Shown here: piece by piece, positions 37,397 through 50,218 of the stretch
Numbering within the stretch: the stretch's first letter is position 1
How the letters are laid out: each line of letters begins with the position of its first letter
Assembly (NCBI GenBank): GCA_043783625.1
Contig: JAYVZE010000200.1
Location: forward strand, 14,097 to 78,096
Origin: Blastocatellia bacterium
Lineage (GTDB): Bacteria; Acidobacteriota; Blastocatellia; RBC074
Direction of reading: 5' to 3'
Length of the DNA: 64,000 nt
The notes under the pieces: model-generated
Seen by the model: only the letters and a program-made list of their open reading frames with translations
The model's database searches: none
Told to the model about the DNA's origin: nothing
Made by a program: the position numbers and the translations under genes

Positions 37397-39082
37397 CTAG
37401 TGTACAATTTTGTACATCATTCCATCGGGCTTGGTAAAAAGATAGATTTCGCCTGCAACATCCTGTCCAATTCTTAAATCCACCTTCGTCGCTTGGCACA
37501 AGTCTTTCAGCGTGGTTGACTGACCATCCAGCGCGAGTGAAAATTCCTGGATTTTTGCTTGCGAATTTTCCTTAATGTCTTTCAGGTTTAGATAGAAAAC
37601 CCTTCCTCTGACGATTTCCCCAAAAATGTATTTGCCTTGTAATTGTGGTATTTGGCTTCCCGTATATTCAAAGCCGCCCATGATTGCATTTCCCTCGTCG
37701 TGATCGAATTGCGCTATCGGATAGGTGTATCCAAATTTTGCATCATCTTTGGGCAGGGGAGCTACGGAATTTATATTTGAAAGTGACGCAATCGAAAAGG
37801 TTCCTTCTCTCGCTGGCCAGCCGTAGTTTTTAGCGGGCTTTAATAGATAAAGTGATTCTATTTGTCTTTGCCCGATATTCGAGACAATAATCTTCCCATC
37901 TTTCATCCAGGAGATTCGATTAGGATTTCGAAAGCCTTCGGCATACACTTCACCAAGTCTGTCTTTCTCAAAGTATGGATTGGATTTTGGAATTCCATAT
38001 TGCCCATTTTTACTGTTATTACCTTTGGGGTCTATGCGCAGGACTTTGCCCCAAATATGATTTTTATCATTGGGAATCTCAGGAAAGCCTTTCTCGACCG
38101 CACCTCCATCACCCATTCCAAGGTAGAGTAAGCCATAATCCTGGTCGGAAGCCTTGGCGTAAGGATTGAACGCAATTTCCTGCATACCATGAATCACATT
38201 GACCACATTAACTCGCATCAGTTCACGTGGCTTTCCGGTCAGTGTTCTCGCGGTGGGGTCGTTCACCGTCCACTCAGTTACTACCCATTGAAGTTTGACA
38301 GGGATACTTTCTGCGTAACTAAAATCCGCTTTCCCGGCGTTACTTGATTCCGTATGCGTTGTATAAAAAAGTTTATTTTTCGCAAAGTCTGGATGAAAAG
38401 CAAAGCTGCCTAATCCTGTGGCGAGACCCGGGTTATTGATGAAATTTTTAAAATGGCTCGTAGCATCAAAAAATACTTCAGGTTGATTATTGGCATTCAG
38501 AAGATAAATTTTCCCCTGTAAATCTAATACCAGACTTTCCTTTGTGATCGGGTGAACGCCCATCTTATTGATCCTGGTACGCGGCTGAGTCTCACTGGTA
38601 AAAGGAAATTGCGTAATTTTTCTAAGGTTGAGAGTTATTTCTGACTTTGTAATTGGTTCAGGAAGTGGATTTTCTGAAGGAACTTTCTCTGAAGAATTAT
38701 TCGCTTCAGGAGCAGGTTTTTCTAAGATAAAGGCAATTATATCTTGTATCTCATTTGGCTTCAGATGATTGAAATCAGGCATCATTGCGCCAAATTTTTT
38801 ATATTTTTCAGAAGCGCGCTCATGTTTCGCAGCAACCATTGCTTTCGGACTTTTGATAAATTCCGTGAGATAGTTCTGGTCTACAACACCTTTCAATCCA
38901 CCAAGCTGCGGGCCAATTGCATCTTGTTTGAAGTTATGACAAGTTGCACAATTAAGTTCAAAAAGTTTTCCGCCATTCTCTGCATTTGGAGTATGTGAGG
39001 TTCCGCATTTTGTTAAGACGATCACTGAAAAAACAATAAGCTTAAGTAACGATGAAATCGAAAGGTGATTTAATAGATTCAT
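37397..39082 (-). CDS. PQQ-dependent sugar dehydrogenase (soluble glucose/sorbosone dehydrogenase fold) with N-terminal c-type cytochrome domain
   Basis: Signal peptide, CATCH heme-binding motif, then GSDH six-bladed propeller. Confidence 0.7.
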   Translation of the reverse strand: MNLLNHLSISSLLKLIVFSVIVLTKCGTSHTPNAENGGKLFELNCATCHNFKQDAIGPQLGGLKGVVDQNYLTEFIKSPKAMVAAKHERASEKYKKFGAMMPDFNHLKPNEIQDIIAFILEKPAPEANNSSEKVPSENPLPEPITKSEITLNLRKITQFPFTSETQPRTRINKMGVHPITKESLVLDLQGKIYLLNANNQPEVFFDATSHFKNFINNPGLATGLGSFAFHPDFAKNKLFYTTHTESSNAGKADFSYAESIPVKLQWVVTEWTVNDPTARTLTGKPRELMRVNVVNVIHGMQEIAFNPYAKASDQDYGLLYLGMGDGGAVEKGFPEIPNDKNHIWGKVLRIDPKGNNSKNGQYGIPKSNPYFEKDRLGEVYAEGFRNPNRISWMKDGKIIVSNIGQRQIESLYLLKPAKNYGWPAREGTFSIASLSNINSVAPLPKDDAKFGYTYPIAQFDHDEGNAIMGGFEYTGSQIPQLQGKYIFGEIVRGRVFYLNLKDIKENSQAKIQEFSLALDGQSTTLKDLCQATKVDLRIGQDVAGEIYLFTKPDGMMYKIVH

Positions 39083-39150
39083 AGATAAAAGGTAATTTTG
39101 TTACGACGAAGATATTATTTGAGTCTAAGTCAGGCAAAAAATAACGCCCC

Positions 39151-40272
39151 TCAAAGCGGTTGCGCCATCATTCCAATCATTTTTTTCGTGAGCCCCGGCG
39201 CATCAGCCTCCGGTGTCGGATTCATCTCCCACTCGCCAAGTTGTAACGAACCTTCGACAATAGATTTGCAGCGTTCAAATCGTCGCTGCATAAATTCATC
39301 CAGCAGGTTTGGTAACGGCTCATCACAGGCCAGCAGTTCACCAAGCACAACCCCATCTTCTACGGCTTGCGCTGCGCCCTGCCCTAAATGCGGGGTCGTT
39401 GTGTGCGCCGCATCGCCGATCAACAACACGCGTCCCTTGTGCCACGGTGCAGGCATCAACAACGTTTCGAGCGGACGATAAATCACCAGCGAAGAATCCG
39501 TAATTTGATCGCGCAAGCTCGCCATGACACCGGTCGCCGCCGCCAATCGTTCACGAAAAATGTCTGCCATTTTGTCTGCCGGATGATGCGGATTACCGGG
39601 TTCAGCTTGCACCAGCAAGACGTATCCGGTTTCCTGTGATAACGGAATGAAGCCGCATTTCCCAGCCTCCAACCCAACACACAAAAACGCATAATCCACC
39701 TCCGCAGGTCGCCGCACGTTGTAACGCCAGACGCCTTGTCCGGTGAATTTCGGTTGATATTGCTCACCAAAAATCAGGCTGCGCACTTTTGAATGGACGC
39801 CGTCCGCACCAATGACTAAATCGTATTCGACCGAAGTTCCATCCGTGAATTTCACTGTCGCACTATTTTCATTCTGCCGAATTTCGCTGAAGCTCGTCCC
39901 AAGTCGCACATTCGTCTTCGCTTCCAATGCGGCTTCGGAAAGAATTTTGTGTAATGCCGGACGCCCCATGCCGAGGTCAGTTGGATAGTTCGGACCCGCC
40001 ATCGGAATGCCGGGAATTTCGGCCACTGTATGTCCGTGCAACGTTTGAAATTTTACGCCGAAATAAGGGAAGCCTTCGGCGACAGCTTTGTCCGCAATGC
40101 CGAGGGCCGCCATCGCACGAATAAAATTTCCTTGCACAATAATGCCGACGTGATAGACCTTCCATTCACTTTTTATTTCGATGAGGTCTACGGCAATGCC
40201 TGCTTTACGCAAGGCAATTGCGGTGGATAAGCCACCGATGCCGCCGCCAATGATGAGTACTTTTTTGACCAT
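39151..40272 (-). CDS. FAD-dependent aromatic-ring monooxygenase (salicylate/3-hydroxybenzoate hydroxylase-like)
   Basis: VLIIGGGIGGLSTAIAL Rossmann motif, DG motif, GDAAH FAD-binding motif. Confidence 0.7.
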   Translation of the reverse strand: MVKKVLIIGGGIGGLSTAIALRKAGIAVDLIEIKSEWKVYHVGIIVQGNFIRAMAALGIADKAVAEGFPYFGVKFQTLHGHTVAEIPGIPMAGPNYPTDLGMGRPALHKILSEAALEAKTNVRLGTSFSEIRQNENSATVKFTDGTSVEYDLVIGADGVHSKVRSLIFGEQYQPKFTGQGVWRYNVRRPAEVDYAFLCVGLEAGKCGFIPLSQETGYVLLVQAEPGNPHHPADKMADIFRERLAAATGVMASLRDQITDSSLVIYRPLETLLMPAPWHKGRVLLIGDAAHTTTPHLGQGAAQAVEDGVVLGELLACDEPLPNLLDEFMQRRFERCKSIVEGSLQLGEWEMNPTPEADAPGLTKKMIGMMAQPL

Positions 40273-40377
40273 CTTATCCTTCTAGAAATTACGGCAGGAG
40301 GAGAAATTAAAGCAGGGCAAATTCAGAATCTGTCCTGCCTTCTTGCGACATTTTTTCTGTCCTAAATTTTTCTGTAT

Positions 40378-41964
40378 TTACTCCGCCACCCGCTTATTCA
40401 GCATAGCGAATCCATACAGCGTATCGCCCGCGCCTGCGACCAGGTATTGTGTGCCGTCCAGCTCATAAGTGATTGGCCCGTTGGCGACACTTCCGCCGAG
40501 ATTGGCGTGCCATAAGGCTTCGCCCGTGCGTGCATCAAGCGCGACAAAATTGTTTGAGCCATCGCCAGTGAACACTAGATTGCCCGCCGTGCTCAACACA
40601 CCTGAACGAGAGCCGCTGCCTTCCCACTTGTGGCTCCAGCGAATTTTGCCGGTCTTGTAATCAATGGCCTGCATCATCGCTTCCTGCCAGCCACCGCGAT
40701 CCGTGCCGCCCCAACCTTGCGGATTGTCGTCGGGATCGTAAATGTAATAGATGCTGAACGCGCGAAACGCATTCACGTAAAATAATCCGGTCTCAGGACT
40801 GAAGCTGGGCGGAGGCCAATTGGTAGCGCCGTATTGATTGGGCGTAACCAGTGCGCCATCCAATTGCGGTTCTTTCGCGGGATTCGGAATCGGTTGCCCT
40901 TTGGCGTCAATGCCTTTCGACCAATTGGTTTTAACGAACTCAGTGGTACGAACGTTTTTGCCCGTCGCACGATCCAGCACAAAGAAAAATCCGTTGCGGC
41001 TGGCTTGTGCAAGCAGCTTGCGTTTTTGTCCGTTAACCTCGCCGTCAAACAACACAGGCACTTGCGTAGCGTCCCAATCGTGTGTGTCGTGCGGCGAAGC
41101 CTGAAAATACCAAACCATCTTACCCGTGTCGGGATTGAGCGCGACGATGGATTCGGTATAGAGGTTCGCCCCCTCACGGTTCTTGTGCGCAATCACGGGT
41201 TGCGGATTGCCCGTCACGACATAAATCAAATTCAACTCAGGGTCATACGTGACCGGCTGCCACGTCATGCCACCGCCGTGTTTCATGGCCTCTTCGTTTG
41301 GCCAGGTTTCAGAGCCAGGTTCGCCCATCTTTTGCGGCACGACATACCAGCGCCATTGCATCTTGCCCGTGACGGGATCGTGCGATTGGATGTATCCGGC
41401 CCGGTCTAAATCGTCGCCGCTGATGCCCGTAATCACATGATTCTTGACAATGATCGGCGAGGTTGAGCCAAAAAAGAATTGATCCAAATCACAAATCGTC
41501 TTGTGCCAGCGTTCCTTGCCGTCTTTCAAATTGAGTGCCACCAGATTGCAATCCGCCGTTTCAACGTACAGCGTATCGCCCACAATACCTACGCCACGAT
41601 TGCCGATGTGGATGCCGCCTTGCGACGACCAGACGTGATGCCAGATTTCGCGCCCCGTACGCGCATCAATCGCCCAAGCGTGATCGGGTAGAGTAAAATA
41701 CATCACGCCATTCACGACCAACGGAGACGACTTGATCGCGCCTTGATTGACGTTGGCACGAAAGACCCACGCGAGGCTCAGCGAGTTGATGTTATTCGCA
41801 TTGATCTTATTCAGCGTGCTGAAACGGCGTCCCGAATAATCGCCGTGATAACTCGTCCACTCCTGCGTAGGTGCTTGCCCTACTTTAGCGGGATCGAGAC
41901 TGCCTTGCGCGAGCAATGGCGCAGCACAAAGAGCGAGGAAGAAAAACGTTCTGATGATTTTCAT
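40378..41964 (-). CDS. PQQ-dependent alcohol dehydrogenase, methanol/ethanol family (eight-bladed propeller quinoprotein)
   Basis: Signal peptide. Repeated W-motifs (WVFRANVNQGAIKSSPLVVNGVMYF). 528 aa. Confidence 0.75.
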   Translation of the reverse strand: MKIIRTFFFLALCAAPLLAQGSLDPAKVGQAPTQEWTSYHGDYSGRRFSTLNKINANNINSLSLAWVFRANVNQGAIKSSPLVVNGVMYFTLPDHAWAIDARTGREIWHHVWSSQGGIHIGNRGVGIVGDTLYVETADCNLVALNLKDGKERWHKTICDLDQFFFGSTSPIIVKNHVITGISGDDLDRAGYIQSHDPVTGKMQWRWYVVPQKMGEPGSETWPNEEAMKHGGGMTWQPVTYDPELNLIYVVTGNPQPVIAHKNREGANLYTESIVALNPDTGKMVWYFQASPHDTHDWDATQVPVLFDGEVNGQKRKLLAQASRNGFFFVLDRATGKNVRTTEFVKTNWSKGIDAKGQPIPNPAKEPQLDGALVTPNQYGATNWPPPSFSPETGLFYVNAFRAFSIYYIYDPDDNPQGWGGTDRGGWQEAMMQAIDYKTGKIRWSHKWEGSGSRSGVLSTAGNLVFTGDGSNNFVALDARTGEALWHANLGGSVANGPITYELDGTQYLVAGAGDTLYGFAMLNKRVAE

Positions 41965-43028
41965 TTGAGTGACTCCAAATAAGCGACCGTGTCGTGCATG
42001 TTTTTGTCAGTAATTTTGTCGAGCAATTCGATGTGCGCTTGCAGCGGATCAGTGACGACAACTTTGAGTGAAGCCGTGCGTTTCCACGAATGATATTCGC
42101 CTTTGTCATCTCGTAACGACACATTGAAATCATCCAGGTGAACTGGTGTGCCCGTAATGGCTGCGCCATTTGTGGGCGTGACGGTGACAGTTGATTTTTT
42201 CGTCCGAGCGCGCGGAAACATGAAACGTTGCTGGATATTAGCGACATTCGTGGTTTTGCCAAAGCCCGCCAGGTCGCCCGTGACAGAATGGCACGTGGCG
42301 CATTTACCTGCGCCGTTGAAATACGCCTCGCCTTCTTTCACGTTGCCCGTCAGCACATTTTGCACATTAAAAATTGGTGAACCTCGCAACGAATCGTAAA
42401 GGCGTTGATGGATAAAATGCGAAAGCTCTTCGACCTGAGTTTGGCTCAGGCTCTTGCTCGGGGCGCCGCTTTGCGTGGGATGTCCTTTTTGCAAAAACGG
42501 CCCCAGGTCGGTGCCGTAACGGTCACTCCACATCATATCTGAACGGATAAGATTTGAGCCGTTGTTACCGCCGCGCGCCGTCGTGCCGTGGCAGTTAATA
42601 CATTGCGCCGCCCATACGGCACGACCACGTTCGGCGACAGCGTTATCCACAATATGCTTGTCATTGGCACCTGCGCCCAGGACACCCACAGGTTTACCAG
42701 CAGGGCGTTTGTCCTGAACGGCACTGGTGTCGCGGCCATAGTTGCTCGCCAGATAATTCAGCACCGTCGCCATTTCCTCATCGGTTCCTTTCGCGCCTAT
42801 CGAAATCATTTTGCTGATGACATCTTCCCACTGGGCACGGCTGCGAGGCGACACGGTGGCACGCTCAAGCGCGTGGCAAGCAGTGCCGCAAACTTTTTGT
42901 GTGATCGCCCGTGCATCCTGTAGTGGTTGCGATGTAGCCTTAACCGGCTGCTGCGAGACAAAACTTGTCCAGCCTAAAAACAAAACCACCCCGGTCAGCG
43001 CGACCAGACGTTTCAATTGTTTATTCAT
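41961..43028 (-). CDS. multi-heme c-type cytochrome, likely electron acceptor of the adjacent PQQ dehydrogenase
   Basis: Signal peptide. Heme motifs CINCH and CATCH plus a CGTACH (Cx3CH) site. 4 nt overlap with the dehydrogenase gene. ATG at 43028. Confidence 0.65.
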   Translation of the reverse strand: MNKQLKRLVALTGVVLFLGWTSFVSQQPVKATSQPLQDARAITQKVCGTACHALERATVSPRSRAQWEDVISKMISIGAKGTDEEMATVLNYLASNYGRDTSAVQDKRPAGKPVGVLGAGANDKHIVDNAVAERGRAVWAAQCINCHGTTARGGNNGSNLIRSDMMWSDRYGTDLGPFLQKGHPTQSGAPSKSLSQTQVEELSHFIHQRLYDSLRGSPIFNVQNVLTGNVKEGEAYFNGAGKCATCHSVTGDLAGFGKTTNVANIQQRFMFPRARTKKSTVTVTPTNGAAITGTPVHLDDFNVSLRDDKGEYHSWKRTASLKVVVTDPLQAHIELLDKITDKNMHDTVAYLESLK

Positions 43029-43174
43029 ATTTTTGCTCCGAGAGTTTGAATAGATTGGCGGCGCATCCGCCTTGCCTACTAGCATAGAGCGAGCCATCGC
43101 CCACACCAACAAAGACTCTTTACCACGGAAAGATTCTCAGCACCAGAGATGTCAACGTCCTTACGAATGAAGTT

Positions 43175-45169
43175 TCAGTGCCGACGGACGGTAACACGCT
43201 CATAACTCAAACCGTAGCCGAATTTATACAGCGGCGTTTTGGTGTCATAAGGCGTGTCTTCGGCTTGCGCTTTGACCTCCGCCATTGACGAAGGCAACTC
43301 AAATGGCAGCTTGCCTTGCGGCGCAGCCTTACCGGTCAACGCATCGAACAATGCCGCGTCACTCACGCCGAAATTGCCGAGCAGTGCCGCGACCTTATCT
43401 TTCACGTTCGTCAGAATCGCCGGACGATCAAGATAGATCGTCACGACCGTAGCCACTTTCGCGCTCGCCATTTTGATCGCTTCGTAATCGGCATTGCCAT
43501 CGTGAAAACCCAAATCGCCTTCGTGCATCCGTGAGCCGAAAAAATAATTCGGATGCAGCCTCTCAAACGGTGTAGTGGCACGAATGATGGCGAGATCGGC
43601 GTCTTCCGGTTTTTCAACTATGGTGAATCCGCGTTCATGCGCCACTTGCGGGTTGATTTGGTAGAGATACAATTTTTTAATTTTGCTACTCAAAGGCAGC
43701 GTATTATTTTTGTTTTCGAGCAACGTTAACGCACGGCTTTGCGCGGCGAGGGATTCTTTGATGAACGTTGCGCTGCCCACGATGTTTTCTGTTTGTGCAA
43801 CATCCACGTAAGGGTTTTCAAATAATCCTTGCTGAAATTTTTGCAGCAAAATGCGAGACGCCGATTCTGCCAAACGGGCTTCGGTTAATTTTCCGGCTTT
43901 GACGGCTTCAACTAAAATTCCTGAATCTTCCGTGCCGCCAATCTGATCTAACCCCGCGTTGACACCTTTGACGAAGCGTTCGGAGCGCGTCAGATTTTCG
44001 ACGCCCCATGGCATTCCGATGTAAGCCGGAGAAGGTGGCACTCCCGGCGGCAGTCCGTCTACGCAAGGGCCTGTACAATCGTTGGTGATCGCCCAATCGC
44101 TGACAATCACACCGTTGAATTTATAACGCCCACGCAATTCATCCGTCAGTAGTTGCTTGTTGAATCCGGCGCCAACTGCCTCCAACGGTTTTCCGTTCAG
44201 CGAAACATTTTTTAGAATCGGATAGGTCGGCATGACGCCGGCAACGTTGGCGGCAAACGCACCAGTAAACGGAATGATGTGGTAGGCAAAATTATTTTTG
44301 GGAAAGACGGAAGTTTTGCCGTACGCAGAATGCCCGTCGAAGCCTTCCGGCTGTGCGCCGTACCCGACCCAATGCTTCACGACGGTAATTACACTGTCCT
44401 TGTTCAGACCAGTTGCGCCGTTCTGAAACCCGGTGATATACGCCTGCACCATTTTTTTCGTTAATTGTGCATCTTCGCCAAAGGTTCCAATGATGCGGCT
44501 CCAACGCGGTTCCGTAGCCAAATCTGCTTGCGGAGACAATGCTTCGTGAATGCCAACAGCACGATATTCCTGCCGCGCGATTTCGCCAAATCGCTGCATC
44601 AGTTTCACATCACCAATCGTGGCAAAGCCCAATGTTTCCGGCCATTGCGAGAAGCCCGTCCCGTCTGACGAGACGCCTTGTGTGTATTGAAAATGATGAC
44701 GCGGATCCGTGCTGATCGTTAACGGAATGCCCAGGCGAGACTCTTCGGCGAGCTGTTGCAATTTATTATTTTCTTCCGCAAGCTGGCGCGGCGGAGCTTG
44801 TAAACGCGTGATAAAGCTGTTGACCTTTGCCTCCTGAATTAGCTTGTGAATTTGTTCGAGGTCATAGCTGTTTCCGAATCCGACCGACCCCATTGGTCCG
44901 CCTGTGCGCAGCGTACCGTGCATCATCACACCCGCTTTTTCTTCGATGGTCATTTGTGCGACCAAATCATTGACCCGCTCATCAATCGGACGTCGCCAGT
45001 CTTCGTAAACATCCAGCTTGCCATTCTTATTGAGGTCTTTGAAAAGCAGGCCGTTGATTTGTAGGACTTGCGCGACACGCGCATTGATAACGGGCTGTTG
45101 CATTGTGTTTTGCGGAAAGGCATTCGCAAGCGGCAAAAACATCAAAAGAAGTGCAAGCAAGATTTTCAT
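43175..45169 (-). CDS. secreted glycoside hydrolase family 3 (beta-glucosidase/beta-xylosidase type)
   Basis: Signal peptide. GH3 N-terminal (beta/alpha)8 domain with KHWVGYG-type segment and SDW catalytic nucleophile region. 664 aa. Confidence 0.75.
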   Translation of the reverse strand: MKILLALLLMFLPLANAFPQNTMQQPVINARVAQVLQINGLLFKDLNKNGKLDVYEDWRRPIDERVNDLVAQMTIEEKAGVMMHGTLRTGGPMGSVGFGNSYDLEQIHKLIQEAKVNSFITRLQAPPRQLAEENNKLQQLAEESRLGIPLTISTDPRHHFQYTQGVSSDGTGFSQWPETLGFATIGDVKLMQRFGEIARQEYRAVGIHEALSPQADLATEPRWSRIIGTFGEDAQLTKKMVQAYITGFQNGATGLNKDSVITVVKHWVGYGAQPEGFDGHSAYGKTSVFPKNNFAYHIIPFTGAFAANVAGVMPTYPILKNVSLNGKPLEAVGAGFNKQLLTDELRGRYKFNGVIVSDWAITNDCTGPCVDGLPPGVPPSPAYIGMPWGVENLTRSERFVKGVNAGLDQIGGTEDSGILVEAVKAGKLTEARLAESASRILLQKFQQGLFENPYVDVAQTENIVGSATFIKESLAAQSRALTLLENKNNTLPLSSKIKKLYLYQINPQVAHERGFTIVEKPEDADLAIIRATTPFERLHPNYFFGSRMHEGDLGFHDGNADYEAIKMASAKVATVVTIYLDRPAILTNVKDKVAALLGNFGVSDAALFDALTGKAAPQGKLPFELPSSMAEVKAQAEDTPYDTKTPLYKFGYGLSYERVTVRRH

Positions 45170-45213
45170 AAGTATTTTCCTTGTGTGGGAAAGATCGGAA
45201 ATCTTTCCGTTTG

Positions 45214-45441
45214 TTATCGGTTGTGCCGTTGGGTCTTGGCGTAGACAAACACGCCCAAGAAGCCGCCCAAAAATCCACTTACCAAACCTGCAATTCCGTT
45301 ATTGATAGCATTAACAATTTCACTGGACGGCATCCCAATCAGAAAATATGTGACAACCGCGCTCATTAACGCGCCCGCCACCCCTCCAATCAAACCTTGT
45401 TTCAGACATTGCCCAATGGGTGACGATGTTGCGGTATTCAT
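45214..45441 (-). CDS. small glycine-zipper membrane protein (possibly GlsB/YeaQ/YmgE family)
   Basis: 75 aa, two Gly-rich transmembrane helices, 4 nt overlap with upstream gene. Confidence 0.4.
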   Translation of the reverse strand: MNTATSSPIGQCLKQGLIGGVAGALMSAVVTYFLIGMPSSEIVNAINNGIAGLVSGFLGGFLGVFVYAKTQRHNR

Positions 45442-46604
45442 TGGTTTGGCTCCATTCCTAAAATACGTTGTGCATTGCCGCCCAAAATCATCGCGCGATC
45501 CTTTTCGCTCAAAGTGTTCAGGCTTTCAATCAATTCGTGTACCTCGTAATCGCCCATATCAAATGCGTAATCGGTGCCGACGACGATTTGCGAAGCGCCG
45601 ACCTGGGCAATCAAATTGCGTAATTGGTCGGGCGAGTACACCAGCGAGTCGAAATAAATCTGCTTGAGATATTCGCTCGGTTTTTTCTGAATGCCACCAG
45701 CTTCGGGACGCACTTTGTAACCGTGATCGGAACGACCAATGTAGGCGGGCAAATAGCCGCCGCCGTGCGCCGCTACAATTTTGACGCCAGGGTTGCGATC
45801 AAGCACGCCGCCGAAAATCAGATTCGACAAAGCAATCGTAGTTTCCAGCGGTTGCCCGATCATATTCGCCAGATAGAACTGATTCACACGTTCGCCGAGC
45901 GAGGTGCCGAGCGGATGAATGAAGACGACGCAGCCAAGTTCATCTGCCTTCGCCCAGAATTTCTCAAATTTAGCATCCGCAAGATCAAGCCCATTGACCG
46001 CCGTAGAAATTTCTACACCTTTGAGTCCAAGCGTTTTGACGGCGTAACCAAGTTGCTCAACGGATAACTCAGGATGTTGCAAAGCAATCGTGCCAAGCCC
46101 TACAAAGCGTTCAGGATTCGTCGCGCAAGTAACGGCGACATGTTCATTTTGCACACGCACAATTTCTTTCGCCAAATCAGGTTCCGCCCAATAATAATAC
46201 TGGTTCGGCGAAGGACTGAGTACTTGCACGTCCACGCCCATTGCATCCATATCGCGCAGCCGCTCATCCAGATTCGTCATTTTGCGAAATGCTTCGGGTA
46301 GCATTTTTTGCACGTTGTGTTTCGCCGAATCTGCGCCTTGCGTACGCAACATCATTTCCGGCTCGCCTTTTTTTTGCGGGCAATCGGCGACGAGAGGCTC
46401 GACCGCAGGCGTGAGCAAATGCGCATGCAAATCTATGGTGAAGTGTTTGTGCGCACGGATTGTTTGCGTGTGCTTATCAGCGGAGCAATTAAAATCACAA
46501 GCATGTAAGGGCATAAAAAAATTGGGACTCACGTCTTTGCCGCACGGAAATTGTAGTGCCGAATCGCTCAGCCAAAGCACGGAACGACTCGGCACTACCG
46601 ACAT
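45438..46604 (-). CDS. amidohydrolase-2 family TIM-barrel hydrolase (candidate sugar lactonase, LigI/rhamnonolactonase-like)
   Basis: TIDLHAHLL metal-binding start, distal His and Asp ligands. Alternative ATG at 46514. Confidence 0.6.
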   Translation of the reverse strand: MSVVPSRSVLWLSDSALQFPCGKDVSPNFFMPLHACDFNCSADKHTQTIRAHKHFTIDLHAHLLTPAVEPLVADCPQKKGEPEMMLRTQGADSAKHNVQKMLPEAFRKMTNLDERLRDMDAMGVDVQVLSPSPNQYYYWAEPDLAKEIVRVQNEHVAVTCATNPERFVGLGTIALQHPELSVEQLGYAVKTLGLKGVEISTAVNGLDLADAKFEKFWAKADELGCVVFIHPLGTSLGERVNQFYLANMIGQPLETTIALSNLIFGGVLDRNPGVKIVAAHGGGYLPAYIGRSDHGYKVRPEAGGIQKKPSEYLKQIYFDSLVYSPDQLRNLIAQVGASQIVVGTDYAFDMGDYEVHELIESLNTLSEKDRAMILGGNAQRILGMEPNQ

Positions 46605-48163
46605 TACTTCAACTTCAGCCGTAGAATCGTCAATGAATGCGCCGGGAAGGTATAACTAAATCCGTTGTTCGCAATCGAAGCAGTCATCGTGCGCGTCACG
46701 GGTCTGATTTTTTTGTCATCGCCGAACGTGTGCGTAGCTTTCAGGTCAGGATGATTCATTTCCCACACGCCGACTTCGCTTTGCAAGCTGCCTTCCTGAT
46801 TATCAATGCGCGTAGTCAGGTCTTTGTCTTTGCTGCGATTCAGTACGTTGACGTAAACGGTTTTGTCATTCGCGTTGTAAGTCGTCGAAACATCCAGATA
46901 TTTCAGCGGCGCACGATTGCCGACTTTGTAAGTGGGTGCTGAGACATAAGCATCCACCGATTGATTACCTTTTTGTTTGGTGAATTCGACCAGCGGGAAA
47001 TAGATCGGTTGCAAAAACAGCCCTTGTTTATTGGTCGTGATCGGCGCGATGACGTTGACCATCTGGGCGATATTCGCCATTTTGACTACGTCGGCGCGGC
47101 GGAAGAACGAATTGAAAAACATCCCCATCGCCAGCGCGTCTTCAAAGTTGTAAGGCTCTTCGAGCTTCTTTTCGTTGAAGGCGCGATACCAGACGTTCCA
47201 TTCGTCGTAAGCAATAAAAATCGGACGGGGATTTTGCTGACGATTTTGCGCTTCCTTGATCTGGCTGGCCGTGACATTGATGTAATTATCAATCGTTTGT
47301 GAGTTCGCCATGAACTTCTCGAAATCGTTATCGCGGTTGTTGATGTAAGTATGCAGCGCGATGTAATCGGCCTGATTGCGCAACGTTTCGAGCACGGTGC
47401 GGTTCCAATGCATCCAGTCCGCCGTCGGTCCGTAATTACTCGATCCACTCGCAATCAACTTGATGCTGGGATCGGTTGAGCGCATGGCTTTGCCAGCTTC
47501 GAGCGCGAATTTGGAATACTCCTCAGCGCTCTTGTTGCCGAGTTGCCACGGGCCGTCAATCTCATTGCCGAGCGCCCAGAATTTCACCTTGTAAGGTTGC
47601 TCGCGGCCATTCTTGCGGCGTTGTTCGGCCCAGTAAGTATTTTTAGATTCGTTGCAATACTCGACCCAATGCCGCGCTTCATCAATCGTTCCCAGTCCAA
47701 GATTGACGCAGATGTAAGGCTCTGTGCCAATCGTCTCGCAATACTTCAAAAATTCATCGGTGCCAAAACGATTGCTTTCCAAATCGTCCCACGCCAGGTC
47801 TTTGCGCATCGGACGCTGATCTTTCGGTCCGATGCCGTCTTTCCAGTTATAACCCGAAGCGAAATTTCCGCCCGGCCAACGCAGGATCGAAACGTTGAGT
47901 TGCTTAACGACTTCCATCACGTCTTTGCGATAGCCGTCTTTGTCAGATAGCGGACTGCCTTCTTCATAAATGCCGCCGTAAATCATGCGCCCCAAATGCT
48001 CGGCGAAATTACCGAACAGCAGTTTGTCTACTTCGCCGATGGTTCGGTCAGTGTCTATTTTGATGCGGGCTTGCGGTGCTTGGCCTTGTGCAAAGACGAG
48101 GCTGTTGCACAGCAAACAAGCAGTGATGATGGTTGTGAGTAAGCGGGTGATTTTTAGTTGCAT
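46604..48163 (-). CDS. alpha-L-arabinofuranosidase, glycoside hydrolase family 51
   Basis: Signal peptide. [20 protein letters not shown] and [13 protein letters not shown] (catalytic acid/base Glu) motifs. 519 aa. Confidence 0.85.
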   Translation of the reverse strand: MQLKITRLLTTIITACLLCNSLVFAQGQAPQARIKIDTDRTIGEVDKLLFGNFAEHLGRMIYGGIYEEGSPLSDKDGYRKDVMEVVKQLNVSILRWPGGNFASGYNWKDGIGPKDQRPMRKDLAWDDLESNRFGTDEFLKYCETIGTEPYICVNLGLGTIDEARHWVEYCNESKNTYWAEQRRKNGREQPYKVKFWALGNEIDGPWQLGNKSAEEYSKFALEAGKAMRSTDPSIKLIASGSSNYGPTADWMHWNRTVLETLRNQADYIALHTYINNRDNDFEKFMANSQTIDNYINVTASQIKEAQNRQQNPRPIFIAYDEWNVWYRAFNEKKLEEPYNFEDALAMGMFFNSFFRRADVVKMANIAQMVNVIAPITTNKQGLFLQPIYFPLVEFTKQKGNQSVDAYVSAPTYKVGNRAPLKYLDVSTTYNANDKTVYVNVLNRSKDKDLTTRIDNQEGSLQSEVGVWEMNHPDLKATHTFGDDKKIRPVTRTMTASIANNGFSYTFPAHSLTILRLKLK

Positions 48164-48181
48164 GAATTTTCTCCGGTTTAG

Positions 48182-48252
48182 GAACGCACGCTCCCTCGCG
48201 TGCCATCGTGGATTTCTTTCTGCTGAGACTGCACGCGGGGGCGCGTGCGTTT
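48182..48252. terminator. GC-rich compound hairpin (gcacgctccctcgcgtgc and cacgcgggggcgcgtg within outer IR gaacgcacgc / gcgtgcgttc)
   Basis: Read directly. Lies downstream of the esterase gene on the minus strand. Confidence 0.4.
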
Positions 48253-48256
48253 CGAG

Positions 48257-50196
<1,940 letters not shown>

Positions 50197-50218
50197 GAAT
50201 TTTTCTGCGTGAGTGAAA

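Noticed and set aside
40834-41409. 191 aa and 139 aa ORFs overlapping the PQQ alcohol dehydrogenase gene
   Set aside because: Antisense or alternative-frame readings of a conserved propeller gene. Arg/Leu-rich composition typical of spurious frames.
45438-46604. Possibility that the amidohydrolase-2 gene start overlaps the GH51 stop by one nucleotide
   Set aside because: An internal ATG at 46514 gives an N-terminus closer to typical family members (TIDLHAHLL near the start). Reported the long ORF but the overlap itself is probably not real.
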